NCBI GenBank assembly: GCA_040005235.1
Contig: JBDTZG010000004.1
Location: 150,392 to 214,391 of the forward strand
Reading direction: 5' to 3'
Origin: Acidobacteriota bacterium
GTDB taxonomy: Bacteria > Acidobacteriota > Thermoanaerobaculia > Multivoradales > UBA5704
Length of the DNA stretch: 64,000 nucleotides
A program made the translations under genes and the position numbers. This document shows positions 38,869 to 52,024 of the stretch, in pieces. The notes beneath the pieces are model-generated. The model was not told where the DNA came from and did not search any database. It saw only the letters and a program-made list of their open reading frames with translations. The number at the start of each line of letters is the position of its first letter. Position 1 is the stretch's first letter.

Positions 38869-39900
38869 ATGCCGCCCTACAAACGTCGCGTCAGCCCTAA
38901 GTCGCCCCCCCGCGGAGCCGGCGGTACAAGGGGTGCTCGCAGTACTCGCGACATTCGCGACGGTCGCGCCTCGGGCGGCTCTCGCGGACCGGGAGGGCGC
39001 CGGGTCGCCGTAATCCTGCTCGGCCTTTTCGCCGCTCTGGCCGCCGTCTATCTTTCGTGCCAGACGCGGGGAGGAGAAGAGCGCGACAAACACGCGCAAG
39101 GCTCGCCGGGCAAACCGGTCGCGCCGCATCGGTCGTCCTCGTCGTCATCGTCTGGGACGCACCGGCCGGCGCATTCAGGTTCGACCGCGCAGGGAGGGGT
39201 CACCTCGGCGCCCGCCCCCGGAGGTGCGCGGATCGCGATCGTGATCGATGACCTCGGCCGGAGCGAGACCGAGGTCGAGGAGATCGAGGCGTTCGGCGTG
39301 CCGATCACCTACTCCGTGCTGCCTTACGAGGAGGAGACCGGCGCCGTGGTCGCCGAGCTGACCGCCCGCGGCGAGGAAATGCTCTGCCACCTGCCGATGG
39401 AACCCGAGGGAGCGGGCGATCCGGGTCCCGGCGCGCTCCTGGAGTCGATGTCCGAAGCGGAGCTGGTCGATGCGACCGACCGCGCGCTCGCGGCTGTGCC
39501 GGGGGCAGTGGGAGTGAATAACCACATGGGCTCCGGCCTCTCCTCCGATCCCCGGGCCATGCGGCCGGTGCTTCTGCGGCTAGCGAAGAAACATCTGTTC
39601 TTCCTCGACTCCCGAACGAGCGCCAAGAGCGTCGGCTACCGGCTCGCGATCGAGCTGGGGGTGCCTTCGGCGGAGCGCCAGGTGTTTCTGGACGACGTCG
39701 AAGACCCGGCGGCGATCCGCGCCCAATTCGCCCGCCTGCTCGCCCTGGCGAAGAAAAAAGGCGCCGCGATCGCGATCGGTCACCCGCATCCGAACACCCT
39801 CGCCGTCCTGGCAGAGGAGATCCCGAAAGCGGTCGCCGAAGGCTTCGAGATCGTGCCGGTCAGCTACCTGCTCGACCGCGCGGGGGATTTGCCCGAGTAG
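38869..39900 (+). CDS. Divergent polysaccharide deacetylase (YibQ family)
   Basis: IVIDDLG, HLPMEP, NNHMGS, FLDSRT, RQVFLD, AIGHP; envC-S41-yibQ synteny. Confidence 0.92.
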   Translation: MPPYKRRVSPKSPPRGAGGTRGARSTRDIRDGRASGGSRGPGGRRVAVILLGLFAALAAVYLSCQTRGGEERDKHAQGSPGKPVAPHRSSSSSSSGTHRPAHSGSTAQGGVTSAPAPGGARIAIVIDDLGRSETEVEEIEAFGVPITYSVLPYEEETGAVVAELTARGEEMLCHLPMEPEGAGDPGPGALLESMSEAELVDATDRALAAVPGAVGVNNHMGSGLSSDPRAMRPVLLRLAKKHLFFLDSRTSAKSVGYRLAIELGVPSAERQVFLDDVEDPAAIRAQFARLLALAKKKGAAIAIGHPHPNTLAVLAEEIPKAVAEGFEIVPVSYLLDRAGDLPE

Positions 39901-39960
39901 GGGTGGCGGCCGTGGCGGAAACAACCGCCCTTGGGAAACCACCGCCCGCAGGAAGCAGCG

Positions 39961-42545
39961 TCACTCCGTCCGCAGCACCTCGATCGGCCGGCGTTCGAGC
40001 GCGGGGACGCTGGCGGCGAGACCGGCGATCACCGAGAGGCCGATCGACAGAACGACCGCGAGCGCGAGGCGCGCGAAATCGGGTTCCCACGGCAGCTCGA
40101 AGCCTCGGGTGATCACCCCCCAGGAGAGCGCGGCGCCGGTGCCCGCTCCCAGGAGTCCCGCCACCCCGCCGAGAAGGGCGTATTCGACCGCGAACGCGGT
40201 CGCCACCTGGCGGCGGGTCATGCCGAGGGTTTTCAAGAGGGCCACTTCGCGCCCGCGGCGGACGGAACCGGCGGAGATCGCCCCGGCGAGGATCGCGATG
40301 CCGGAGAGCACGGTAAAGCCGCCGAGGAAACGGACGCCGAGGCCGATTCGCTGGAGCACGCCGAGGATCTTGCCCAGGATCTCGCGGATGCGCAGGAACG
40401 TGACGTTCGGGTACGCCGCGGCGAGGAGGTCTTGGACGTGCTGCTCGCTGCCGGGGGCGAGATGGGCGGTTGCCACCCGCTGCTGCGGCGCCTGTTCGAG
40501 GATCCCGGGCTCGACCACCAGATAGAAGTTGATCCCGAACGTGCCCCAGTCGACCGTCCGCAGGCTGGTCACCACGAGCGTGAGCGGTACCCCTTGGATA
40601 TCGAACCCGAGCTTGCTGCCCAAGCCGACGCCAAGATCCTCGGCGAACGACTTTTCCAAGGAAACCTCGCCGTGGGCGGGGTCGCTCCAGAGCTTGCCTG
40701 CGACGACCACGTTGTCGGCGGGGAGTTTTTCCAGGTAGGTAAGGCGCTGCTCGCGAGTGAGCGCCCAGCGCCGACCGCGCTCTTCACGGTTTTCGTTCCC
40801 TTCTTTTTCCGGGTCCTGCCGTTCTTTCCGCTCGGCGGCGATCCGATCGATCGGCCGGCCGTCAATCGAGCTGATCCGGGCCATCACCACCGGAACCGAG
40901 TCGATCTTGTCGGCCCGGGCGCGGGTGAGCAGCGCGCGCACCCCCGGCCATTGCTCGGGCTGAATGTCGACCAGGAACGCGCTGGGCGCATTGCTCGGCA
41001 ATTCGCGGGAGAGCTCGCCCGAGATTCGCCGCTCGACCAACGACATGGTGAGCACCGTGATCACGCCGAGGCCGAGGGCGACGATCGCGCCGACGGTGGC
41101 CGCGCCCGGCCTGGCGAGAGCGCCGAGACCATGGCGCAGCGCGATGCTCGAAAACCGCGGCAGGCGGCCGATCGACTTGGCGAGCAGCGTCGCCGCGACC
41201 GCGAGAATCGCGGTGGCGAGCGACAACGCCCCGACGAACTGCGCGGAGAGGAGGAGCGACTGGGTTTGGGCGAAGGTCAGGCCCAGCAGGCCCGCAGCGA
41301 GTGCCACGAACGCAAAAGCCGACGTTGCGCGATGGACCGGCAACGGCTCGGCGTCGCGGCGCAATACCCGGGACGGAGGGACGCGCAGCAGCCCCGCGAG
41401 CGGCGGCAGGCTGAACAGCAGGGCGACGCCTACCCCGAGCCCGAGCCCGCGCAGGAGCGCACCGGGCTGCCAGGGCCGGATCAGCGCGGCGGGGATCAGA
41501 TCGCCGAACAGATGGGGGATTGCGGCCTGAATGGCGGCGCCGAGCAGGATGCCGATTGAGCTTCCGACCAAGCCGAGCAACGCGGTCTGGCCGAGATAGA
41601 GCGTGAGCACCTCGCGCGGACGCAGGCCCAGGCATTTGAGGATGGCAATCGCGTCGAGCCGGCCGGCGAGCCAGGCGCGGACGCTCTGCGCCACGCCGAT
41701 GCCGCCGACGAACAGCGACAGCAGGGCGACCAGGCCAAGGAAACGCCCGACTTGGGCGAAGCTCCGGCGCAACTGCGGCTGCGCTTGGCGGAAGGTCTCG
41801 ACGCGATACGCCTCGGTGGCCGGAAGGGCGGCCCGCAGCTGCGCCGCGATCTTGTCCAAGCGATCGGCGGGGACGCCGGCCGGCAGGGCGATCAGCGTCT
41901 TGTACGAGACCCGGCTCCCCTTGGCGATCAGCCCGGCCCGTTCGAGGCCGGCCATCGACACGAAGACCCGCGGCCCGAACGCGGTTCCGATCCCCACCCG
42001 GTCGGGTTCGGCGGAGACCAGGCCTGCGACGTGGAAATCGGCGGTGCCGATGCGGAAATCGAGCGCCCGTTCGTGCGGATTGCGCCGCAGTCCCAAGGCG
42101 CCGATCAGCTCGGGTGCCACGACCGCGGCGTCGGGGGCGAGCAGCGCGGAGAGGGGTAGGGCCGGGAGGACCGCGAGCTTGCCGTAGAACGGGTAACCGC
42201 GTTCGACCGCCTTGAGCTCGACCAGTTGGCTCCGGCCGGGCTTGCCCTCTTTCGGTAGGGCGGCGACCACCGTGACCATCTCGCGAATCGCAGCGGTCCG
42301 CGAGCCTGCCGGCAGCAGGCGGACGAGGTCGAACGTCTCAGGCAGCGCGCGGCGGCTTTCGATCGCCAGGTCCGCGGCCAACAGTTGCCGCGCTTCGGAG
42401 CGGATGCCGGAATCGAGCCCGGCGGCCAGGCCCGCGATCGCGACCACTGCGGCCACGCCCACGGCGAGACAGGCGACGAAGAAGGCGAATCGCCCGAACG
42501 CGCCGCGCGACTCGCGCAGCATCCAGGAAAAGAGGGTGCGCGGCT

Positions 42546-42549
<4 letters not shown>
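39961..42549 (-). CDS. ybbP: ABC transporter permease, YbbP/FtsX-like
   Basis: CLAVGVAAV, GYPFYG, AILKCLG, FLVDIQP, REVALLKTLG; two FtsX modules. Confidence 0.9.
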
Positions 42550-43256
<707 letters not shown>

Positions 43257-43370
43257 AGGGGCCTTGTCATGGGATCCATCGACAAATGGGATCGATCTCC
43301 AAATGAGATCAATACAACCGGCTTGGCGGGGTGGGCATTTCCGGAGGCGCGGGGCCGTTAAGATGAGGCG

Positions 43371-44159
43371 ATGAACGGCCTTCGACCCAACCTGAAAAGA
43401 CTCTACGCCACGAACCACCCTTTCCTTACCCCTCTCGCGCTGGTTGCGGTCCTCGCGCTCGGCGCCTGCGATCGAAATCCCGAACCGGCGGCGAAACCCG
43501 CCGCGGCACCGGATTCCAAGACCACAGCCGCAGCTCCGGCATCTCCTTCGCCTATCCCTCCACCGCTTGCCGCGCCGAGCGCCGAGCCGCCGAAAGTGAT
43601 CTTCCTCGGCGACAGCCTGACCGCCGGCCTGGGCGTCTCGGTCGAGGAAGCCTTTCCCGCCCGGGTGGGCGAGATCCTCGCCGCCGAAGGTCATCCGATC
43701 CAGGTGATCAACGCCGGGGTGAGCGGCGACATCAGCGCCGGGGGAGCGAGCCGACTCGCCTGGCTGCTGCGCCAGAAACCCGCGGTCGTCGTAGTCGAGC
43801 TGGGCGCCAACGACGGCATGCGCGGCCAACCGCTCGCCGATCTGGAGAAGAACCTTCTGGATGTCGTCCGTCGCTCCCAAGCTGCTGGAGCCAAAGTGCT
43901 GATCCTGGGCATGAAGATCCCGCCCAACTACGGCAAGGACTACTCGGATGGCTTCGACGCGATCTATCCCCGCGTCGCCAAAGAGACGGGAGCCGCTCTC
44001 ATGCCGTTCCTCCTCGAAGGCGTCGGCGGCGATCCCGAGCTGAACCAGGCCGACGGGATTCACCCGACTGTCGCGGGGCACAAGATCGTGGCGAAGAACG
44101 TCGCGCCTTATTTGGCGCGGCTGGTCGTTGAAGTCGGGAGCGCGACGAACGCGAAGTGA
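43371..44159 (+). CDS. tesA: SGNH arylesterase / acyl-CoA thioesterase I (lipoprotein)
   Basis: GDSL, NAGVSGD, GANDG, DGIHP; divergent from ybbA as commonly seen; lipobox LGAC. Confidence 0.92.
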   Translation: MNGLRPNLKRLYATNHPFLTPLALVAVLALGACDRNPEPAAKPAAAPDSKTTAAAPASPSPIPPPLAAPSAEPPKVIFLGDSLTAGLGVSVEEAFPARVGEILAAEGHPIQVINAGVSGDISAGGASRLAWLLRQKPAVVVVELGANDGMRGQPLADLEKNLLDVVRRSQAAGAKVLILGMKIPPNYGKDYSDGFDAIYPRVAKETGAALMPFLLEGVGGDPELNQADGIHPTVAGHKIVAKNVAPYLARLVVEVGSATNAK

Positions 44160-44203
44160 TTGGACGGCTTGCGGCTCGTCTTGATCACGGTTATCATTTG
44201 CAG

Positions 44204-44812
44204 GTGAAAAATCGAGCCTATCCGACCGGCCCCTTGCCCAAGAGCGAAATCGCTGAATCGGCGGCCCTGGCCTACGGCGAGAGCTCTTGGCCCGAGGCCG
44301 ATGTCACCGCTTTCGTTCATTCCTTGCTGCGTGCTGAGGCGAAAAGCCGAATGAGCACCTCGGCATTGATCGAAGCGATGCTACCGCGTCGTGACGAAGT
44401 TCCGAGTCCGGCCGCCGTGCTCCAAGCCAGGCGTAATGCCGAGGCTCGAATTCAACTGGTGGGCGAATTCGGCGGGCTTTCGAGCGCCGAGGTCGCCGAG
44501 AGGGCAGGTTCTCGGGCGAAGAACCGCGCGGCCCTTGCCCATCGTTGGAAACAAGAAGGTCGAATCTTGTCCGTGATCCACCAAGGAGCAGAGATCTTTC
44601 CGGGTTTCCAGTTCGACGAGAACGGACAACCGAGGGAGGCGATTCGAACGATCATCTCGACACTCGCCGGGCGCTCTCAATGGGGGATTGCGCTCTGGTT
44701 CATCGTCGCCAATGGCTGGCTTGACGGCCGACGTCCGGTCGACCTCTTGGAATCCGATGTAGAGGCGGTAGAGAACGCAGCTCGGCGCGCAGCGGCCGGG
44801 GTCATCTTCTGA
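44204..44812 (+). CDS. Xre/MbcA/ParS-like antitoxin
   Basis: LSSAEVAE HTH, FPGFQF, WFIVANGWLDGRRPVDLL; GTG 44204 follows TATCAT. Confidence 0.82.
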   Translation: MKNRAYPTGPLPKSEIAESAALAYGESSWPEADVTAFVHSLLRAEAKSRMSTSALIEAMLPRRDEVPSPAAVLQARRNAEARIQLVGEFGGLSSAEVAERAGSRAKNRAALAHRWKQEGRILSVIHQGAEIFPGFQFDENGQPREAIRTIISTLAGRSQWGIALWFIVANGWLDGRRPVDLLESDVEAVENAARRAAAGVIF

Positions 44813-45444
44813 CCCATCGTGGCCTTCCATCCCCTCCTGAGGAGCTTGATCCGCTCACGGAAGTCTGGACGGTGGGCGAGCCGATCGTTCGCTGCCACGA
44901 TGGACGGTACGGTGCGACCGAGTTCAATCCCGGTCTGGGCGCTGGCCGTTTTCACCCATTCACAGTAAAGGGTCGGTATATCCCGACGATCTACGGCTCT
45001 TCGGACCTCGACGGCGCGCTCTCGGAAACGCTGTTCCACGACGTGCCCGTTGAAACCGGCCTCCGGGCAATCGACCGTTTGGTTCTCCGCCCGCTCTTGG
45101 TTTCGGTGATCGCGGCGCGTAGGCCGCTTCGATTTGCTCAGCTCCACAGCTCCGGACTCGGTCGGCTTGGGCTGCGCAGGGCCGAGCTGATCGACAGCGA
45201 AGCGTCGTCCTACTCCGCGACCGCGAGCTGGGCCAAAGCGCTCCACGCTTGCCCGGAGCGTTTCGATGGCCTGGTTTGGATCTCCCGCCTCCACGACACA
45301 TCGCGGGCGGTCGTCCTGTTCGGCGATCGGGTCGAACGGCGGGATCTTGAGTTGATCGATTCGCCGTTGCCGCTGTACCTCGGCCCCGGATACTCGAAGG
45401 TGCTCGAAGCGGCAGAAGTCGCCGGTATTGGCGTCTTGGATTGA
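44809..45444 (+). CDS. RES domain toxin (NAD+ phosphorylase / ADP-ribosyltransferase family)
   Basis: FNPG..GRF, TIYG, ALSETLFHD, DGLVWISR, VVLFGDR; start either CTG 44809 or GTG 44872. Confidence 0.85.
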   Translation: MTHRGLPSPPEELDPLTEVWTVGEPIVRCHDGRYGATEFNPGLGAGRFHPFTVKGRYIPTIYGSSDLDGALSETLFHDVPVETGLRAIDRLVLRPLLVSVIAARRPLRFAQLHSSGLGRLGLRRAELIDSEASSYSATASWAKALHACPERFDGLVWISRLHDTSRAVVLFGDRVERRDLELIDSPLPLYLGPGYSKVLEAAEVAGIGVLD

Positions 45445-45462
45445 ACGGGCTTTGAGGTAATC

Positions 45463-46260
45463 CTAGAGCCCCGACCGTTTCGCCTCGCCCCACAGCGCGT
45501 CCATCTCGTCGAGCGTCGCATCGGCCGGGCTTTTGCCTGCGGCCGCGAGGCCGGCTTCGATCGATTCGAAGCGGCGGCGGAATTTGAGGTTCGCTTGGGC
45601 GAGCGCGGCTTCGGGGTCGAGGTCGAGCTTTCGGCCGAGGTTGGCGAGGGTGAAAAGCAGATCGCCCAGCTCTTCGGCTACCGCCTGGCGGTCGGGCGGG
45701 TTGGCTCCGTTCCCAAGGGCGTTGCGCAGCTCGGCGAGCTCTTCGTCGATCTTGTCGAGCACCGAAGCCGCGTCCGGCCAATCGAAGCCGACGCCCGCGG
45801 CCTTTTGGGTCAGCCGGTAGGAGGAAAGCAGGGCGGGCAGCGAGGCCGAGACCCCGGCGAGGACCGAGCGCCCCGGGTCTTTCTTTACCTTGCGCCGCTC
45901 CCAGGCTTCGCGGACGGCTTGAGCGTCGGAGAGGCTGTTGCGATCCTCTTCGGTGCCGAAGACGTGCGGGTGGCGGGCGACCATCTTGGCGTGGACTCCT
46001 TCGATCGCCTGGGCGAGGTCGAACGCGCCCGCTTCTTCCGCCAGCCGGCCGATGAAGGCGACCTGAAACAGAAGGTCGCCCAGCTCGGCGGCGACTTCGT
46101 CCCAATCTCCGGAATCGATCGCCCCTGCTGCCTCATGGGCCTCTTCGAGGAGATAAGCGCGGACGTCGCCGAGCGACTGCTCGCGATCCCAGGGGCAGCC
46201 GTCCGGCGCGCGTAGCCGCGCCACGAGATCGAGAAGTTTCTGGAGATCGGGGGCGGGCAT
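45463..46260 (-). CDS. mazG: Nucleoside triphosphate pyrophosphohydrolase
   Basis: GCPWDREQ, EEAHE, ELGDLLFQ, RHPHVF, VGFDW, EELGDLLF. Confidence 0.96.
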   Translation of the reverse strand: MPAPDLQKLLDLVARLRAPDGCPWDREQSLGDVRAYLLEEAHEAAGAIDSGDWDEVAAELGDLLFQVAFIGRLAEEAGAFDLAQAIEGVHAKMVARHPHVFGTEEDRNSLSDAQAVREAWERRKVKKDPGRSVLAGVSASLPALLSSYRLTQKAAGVGFDWPDAASVLDKIDEELAELRNALGNGANPPDRQAVAEELGDLLFTLANLGRKLDLDPEAALAQANLKFRRRFESIEAGLAAAGKSPADATLDEMDALWGEAKRSGL

Positions 46261-46392
46261 GGGCGGGAGGACGCGGGTCGGGACTATGATGCACTTTCGA
46301 CTTGCCGGGGGAGATTTGCGCTTGCTACGCTTTTTGTCAACGTCCGTTCGTTTTTTCCCGGCTCTTGCAGCCGCCGAAGGCCAGGTCCCATC

Positions 46393-46890
46393 GTGAGCGA
46401 CGAGAAACTCAAGGTCACCGACAAGCGGATGTTCACGGCGGACGGCCGGCTCAAGGAAGAGTTCAGCTTCCTCGCCGAGCCCCGGGTGCTTTCGGCGCCA
46501 GAGACCGAAGCCGAGGCACCCCCTCGTCCGGAACCTTCAGCCCCTGCACCGCCGGAGCAGGCCAAGGCGGCCCCCGAGGCGAGGTTGCCGCCCGGCTATC
46601 CGGACGACTCCGACGCCCTTCTGGAGCTGCCGGGAAATCCTCCCGGCCTCGGCCGGCCGACGTTTTACGACCTGGTGAGCCTGCTCGCCGAGCCGATCGC
46701 GATCTATTTGGGTGACCTCGAACTGCCGACGGGCGAGTCCGCCGAGAACCTGGAGATGGCGCGGCTGCACATCGACCTGCTCGACGTTTTGCGCCAGAAG
46801 ACGGCGGGACACCTAAGCGCCCAGGAGGCGGGTTTTCTCGAAGATCTGCTCTATCGCTCACGAGTGCGCTATGTCCAAAAGCGGGGCTGA
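46393..46890 (+). CDS. DUF1844 family protein
   Basis: KVTDKRMF N-terminus; LEMARLHIDLLDVLRQKTAGHLS..E..L..LLY..RVRYV. Confidence 0.82.
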   Translation: MSDEKLKVTDKRMFTADGRLKEEFSFLAEPRVLSAPETEAEAPPRPEPSAPAPPEQAKAAPEARLPPGYPDDSDALLELPGNPPGLGRPTFYDLVSLLAEPIAIYLGDLELPTGESAENLEMARLHIDLLDVLRQKTAGHLSAQEAGFLEDLLYRSRVRYVQKRG

Positions 46891-48631
46891 GACCGGAGCC
46901 CGCCGCGCGTCGCGCGTTGCCCTGGGGGTGACGCTCGCGGCTTGGGTCCTCGGTCTCTGCGGAGTGCGCCCCGCATCGGCCGCGGCCGAGAGCTCCGTTT
47001 TCGAGCTGGGCGATCCGGTGTCGCGCACGCTTCATCAGCTGCAGGATCAGGCGGTGCAGTGGCTGGTCCAGTCCGACCCGGAACGCTCCGGAGAGCAGGT
47101 GACCGAACTGCTCGAAATCGCGCGCGGCCTCGGCTTTGCCCGATTTCCCGATCTTGCGCGCGGCGCGCTCTTCCGCGCGGTCGAAGGAGCGCATCGCGGC
47201 GACTTCGACCTTTCCCGCCAGGCTCTCGCCGCCGCCGAGCGGTTCGATCCCGGCCGGCCGGAAACCTCGTTTGCGGTCGCCACAGTGGCGCGCATCGAGG
47301 GGCACTACGGGACCGCGTTCGGCCAGCTGGTCGTCGGGGTCGGGCGTACTTTGACCTGGGCGTTCGAGCGCCGGCTGCTGCTCGAAGGGACTCTCCTCTG
47401 GACCCTCTGGCTGCTTCTCGCCTCGGCCGGCCTGTTCGTGGCGATCCAAATTGCGGCCAAGGGAGGGGCGCTGCTGGCCGACATCGGCCACATGTTTTCC
47501 AATCGCGGGAGCCGGTTCTCCCTGCCGTTTTCGATCGCGGTCCTGGTCTGGCCGCTGGTGCTGCCGGCGGGCCTGATCTGGCTGCTGCTCTGGTGGTCGG
47601 TCCTGCTTTGGGGTTACGCCTCGGCGAGCGAGCGGACGGTGCTGGTCGGAGCCTGGCTTCTTCTTGCTCTGGCGCCGCCACTGCTAGCGGAGCAGCGGCA
47701 ACGGCTGGCGATCGCCCTTTCGCCTCCGGCTCTCGCGCTCGACAGCCTGGAACGACACGAGCTCTCGGGCGACCTGTTCAACGATCTCGGGACCCTGCGC
47801 ACCCTGGTTCCAGACAGCTACGCCGTCCGCCAATTGGTGGCCGACATCCATCGGCATCTCCGGCAAGGGGAGCGCGCCCGCGAGCTGTACCAAGAGGTGA
47901 TTCAGAAGGACCCCGGCAACTCGGCGGCCCTGGTCGACGTCGGCGCCTATTACCTGGAGCGCCACGAATACGCCCAGGCGATCGAACAGTTCAAGCGCGC
48001 CGGAGAGGTCGATCTGGCGAGCGCCGCGGCGCAGTACAACCTGTCATGGGCCTACCGCGGGTCTTACCGGTTCCAAGAGGCCGAGCGCGCCGACGCCGAA
48101 GCGCGGGTGCGCGATCGATCGAGCGTCGAAGGGTGGGTACAGCGATCGCAGCGGGTGGTGCAGGTGGACGGCGGTTTCGATCGCATCCCCGAGATCCGCC
48201 GCCAGCTCGAAGCGCGGATCGCCGGCCCCGTCGCGGGGCACGGCCGGACGGACCTGCTGCGGCGTTACGGCACCGCGGGGCTTGGGTTCGGTCTGCTGCT
48301 CGCGGCGCTCGGGCTCGACGTGCTGCGGCGCAACCGGACGGGGTACAGCGAGGCGCCGCTCGACCTGAAGCTCGGTTCGCGGCCTTGGCAGCGCTGGTTC
48401 CGGGTACTGCTGCCGGGCTTGCCGTCGGCGGAGGTCGGCGACGGGCTTCGCGGCTACTTTGCGCTGCTGGCGGTCGTGGCGCTCGCATCGCTGCCGTTCC
48501 TGCCCCGGCTGGGTTTCCGGCTGCCTTCGGGTTTCGGACCCGGGCAGGGGACGGCCTGGTTGATCACGATCGTCGGCCTGCTGGCCTATTTCTTCGCCCG
48601 CTATCGCTTCGACCTGGCGAACGAGATCTGA
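46871..48631 (+). CDS. Membrane protein with TPR repeats
   Basis: Signal-like N-terminus, several TM helices, TPR-like segments (ARELYQEVIQKDPGN, YAQAIEQFKRA, AAQYNL). Confidence 0.75.
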   Translation: MSKSGAETGARRASRVALGVTLAAWVLGLCGVRPASAAAESSVFELGDPVSRTLHQLQDQAVQWLVQSDPERSGEQVTELLEIARGLGFARFPDLARGALFRAVEGAHRGDFDLSRQALAAAERFDPGRPETSFAVATVARIEGHYGTAFGQLVVGVGRTLTWAFERRLLLEGTLLWTLWLLLASAGLFVAIQIAAKGGALLADIGHMFSNRGSRFSLPFSIAVLVWPLVLPAGLIWLLLWWSVLLWGYASASERTVLVGAWLLLALAPPLLAEQRQRLAIALSPPALALDSLERHELSGDLFNDLGTLRTLVPDSYAVRQLVADIHRHLRQGERARELYQEVIQKDPGNSAALVDVGAYYLERHEYAQAIEQFKRAGEVDLASAAAQYNLSWAYRGSYRFQEAERADAEARVRDRSSVEGWVQRSQRVVQVDGGFDRIPEIRRQLEARIAGPVAGHGRTDLLRRYGTAGLGFGLLLAALGLDVLRRNRTGYSEAPLDLKLGSRPWQRWFRVLLPGLPSAEVGDGLRGYFALLAVVALASLPFLPRLGFRLPSGFGPGQGTAWLITIVGLLAYFFARYRFDLANEI

Positions 48632-49863
48632 TGAGCGTCGAAGGCAATCTCGACCTGTTTCAGCTGCCCGAGATCCTGCAGCTGGTCGCGCAGCAGCAGA
48701 AGACGGGGATTCTCACCGTCCAGGGCAACGAGGACATCGTGGCGATCTCGTTCCTGCACGGCAAGATCGTCGCGGCGGATTCCCTCAACCAGGCGGTCGA
48801 GGAGGGGCTGAGGCTGGTGCTGGTGGAAACCGGCGTGCTCTCGGGAGCCGATTTCGCCCGGGCTTCGACCGAGCAGGCCGCCACCGGCCAGCGGCTGATC
48901 GACTTTCTGGTCGAACGCCGATTCGTCTCCCGGCCCCGCCTGCTCGAAGCACTGCGAATCCATACCCGCCAGCTGCTGGAAAAGCTGCTCGATTGGCGGG
49001 AAGGGGATTTCAAGTTCTACTCCGGCGAGGAGGTGGCGTACGAGGAGGGCTTCGTCCCGATCCGGGTGGACGAGCTGCTGCTCCACGCGGCGGGCGCCAA
49101 GTCCGCACTCGCCTCATCCTCCTCGACACCGGCTCGGCGGGTTGCTCCTTCGGCGACCGCAGCGGCCGCAGCGACTGCAGCCATCGAGCCGCCGAGTCCC
49201 CCCTCGACCTTCGAGTCGTCCTGGCCGGGCAGCGGGTCGATCCTGGGCTTCCCGACTCCTCCCGCTTCGTCATCGTCCTCGTCCGCCTCGTCACGGTCGT
49301 CCGAAATTCTGCCGGCGATCGTCGTGCCGTTCCCGGGGGTCGAATCGGTTCCCGCTCCCAAGCCGGCCGGCAGTCCCGGCATCCGTCAGATGACTCTGGA
49401 TCCCGCACCGGTACCGCGGCCGCTCCGTCACGCCGGTCGGGTTCTCGCCGGCCTGGCCGCCGTCGGCCTGGCCTGCCTGCTGATCTACCGGCCCGGCCAG
49501 GCGGTACTTCCCTTCTCTTGGCAGGCCGGCTCGCTCGAAGCGCTCGACGAGACCCAGCGCTCCGCCCAATTCCTCAAGATCGACCGGGCGGCCGAGACGT
49601 TCTTTCTGCTCGAAGGGCGATTCCCGGAGCACCTGAGCGAGCTGCGCGACCGGGGCCTCTTAGGCCCCCACGACCTGTTCGACGTCGAAGGGCGGCCGCT
49701 CCAGTTGGACGCCCGGGAGAAGGCCTACGTGCTTCATGCCGAAGGGCGAAGCGGAGCCGAGGGAGCGACGAGCCGAAGCATCTCAGGCAATTTCCTGCTG
49801 GACCCGGAGTTCCTCTCGCTTCGCCCCGGCACCCAGGCCGCGCCGCTCGTCCTGCTCGATTGA
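48631..49863 (+). CDS. DUF4388 domain membrane protein
   Basis: ATG 48631 (TGATG); EGNLDLFQLPEILQLV..QKTGIL, WREGDFKF; Pro/Ser linker, one TM helix, C-terminal domain. Confidence 0.82.
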   Translation: MSVEGNLDLFQLPEILQLVAQQQKTGILTVQGNEDIVAISFLHGKIVAADSLNQAVEEGLRLVLVETGVLSGADFARASTEQAATGQRLIDFLVERRFVSRPRLLEALRIHTRQLLEKLLDWREGDFKFYSGEEVAYEEGFVPIRVDELLLHAAGAKSALASSSSTPARRVAPSATAAAAATAAIEPPSPPSTFESSWPGSGSILGFPTPPASSSSSSASSRSSEILPAIVVPFPGVESVPAPKPAGSPGIRQMTLDPAPVPRPLRHAGRVLAGLAAVGLACLLIYRPGQAVLPFSWQAGSLEALDETQRSAQFLKIDRAAETFFLLEGRFPEHLSELRDRGLLGPHDLFDVEGRPLQLDAREKAYVLHAEGRSGAEGATSRSISGNFLLDPEFLSLRPGTQAAPLVLLD

Positions 49864-49983
49864 ACCCGTTCCGCCGCTTCTGAGGGCTCCCGTCCCAGCC
49901 GCCCGAGTCTCTGCCTCTCCCTGCGCGAACCACCATCGGTCGCCGGATATGAGCGCTTTGCTGTAGATCTTGGGAAATCGGGA

Positions 49984-50013
49984 ATTGACATCCCTCGACT
50001 GAGGTTTTACCCT
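49984..50013 (+). promoter_or_regulatory. Sigma70-type dnaK promoter with overlapping degenerate HAIR-like operator
   Basis: TTGACA (49985)-N17-TACCCT (50008); ATTGACA-N7-ACTGAGG vs HAIR CTTGAGT-N7-ACTCAAG (9/14). Confidence 0.6.
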
Positions 50014-50083
50014 TCGCAGTCGACGGAAAGCCCGGCGGGACCGGTGGCGCCCCGCGGCCATCTCGCGAATCCAGGAGGAGAGC

Positions 50084-51976
<1,893 letters not shown>

Positions 51977-52024
51977 GCTAAGGCTGGACCAAGTCGACAG
52001 GAACCTCAAGAAGGGAGCGCAGCG

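Noticed and set aside
46942-48630. N-terminal 563 aa of the 973-aa ORF
   Set aside because: Alternate frame over the TPR membrane gene; the real DUF4388 gene starts at 48631
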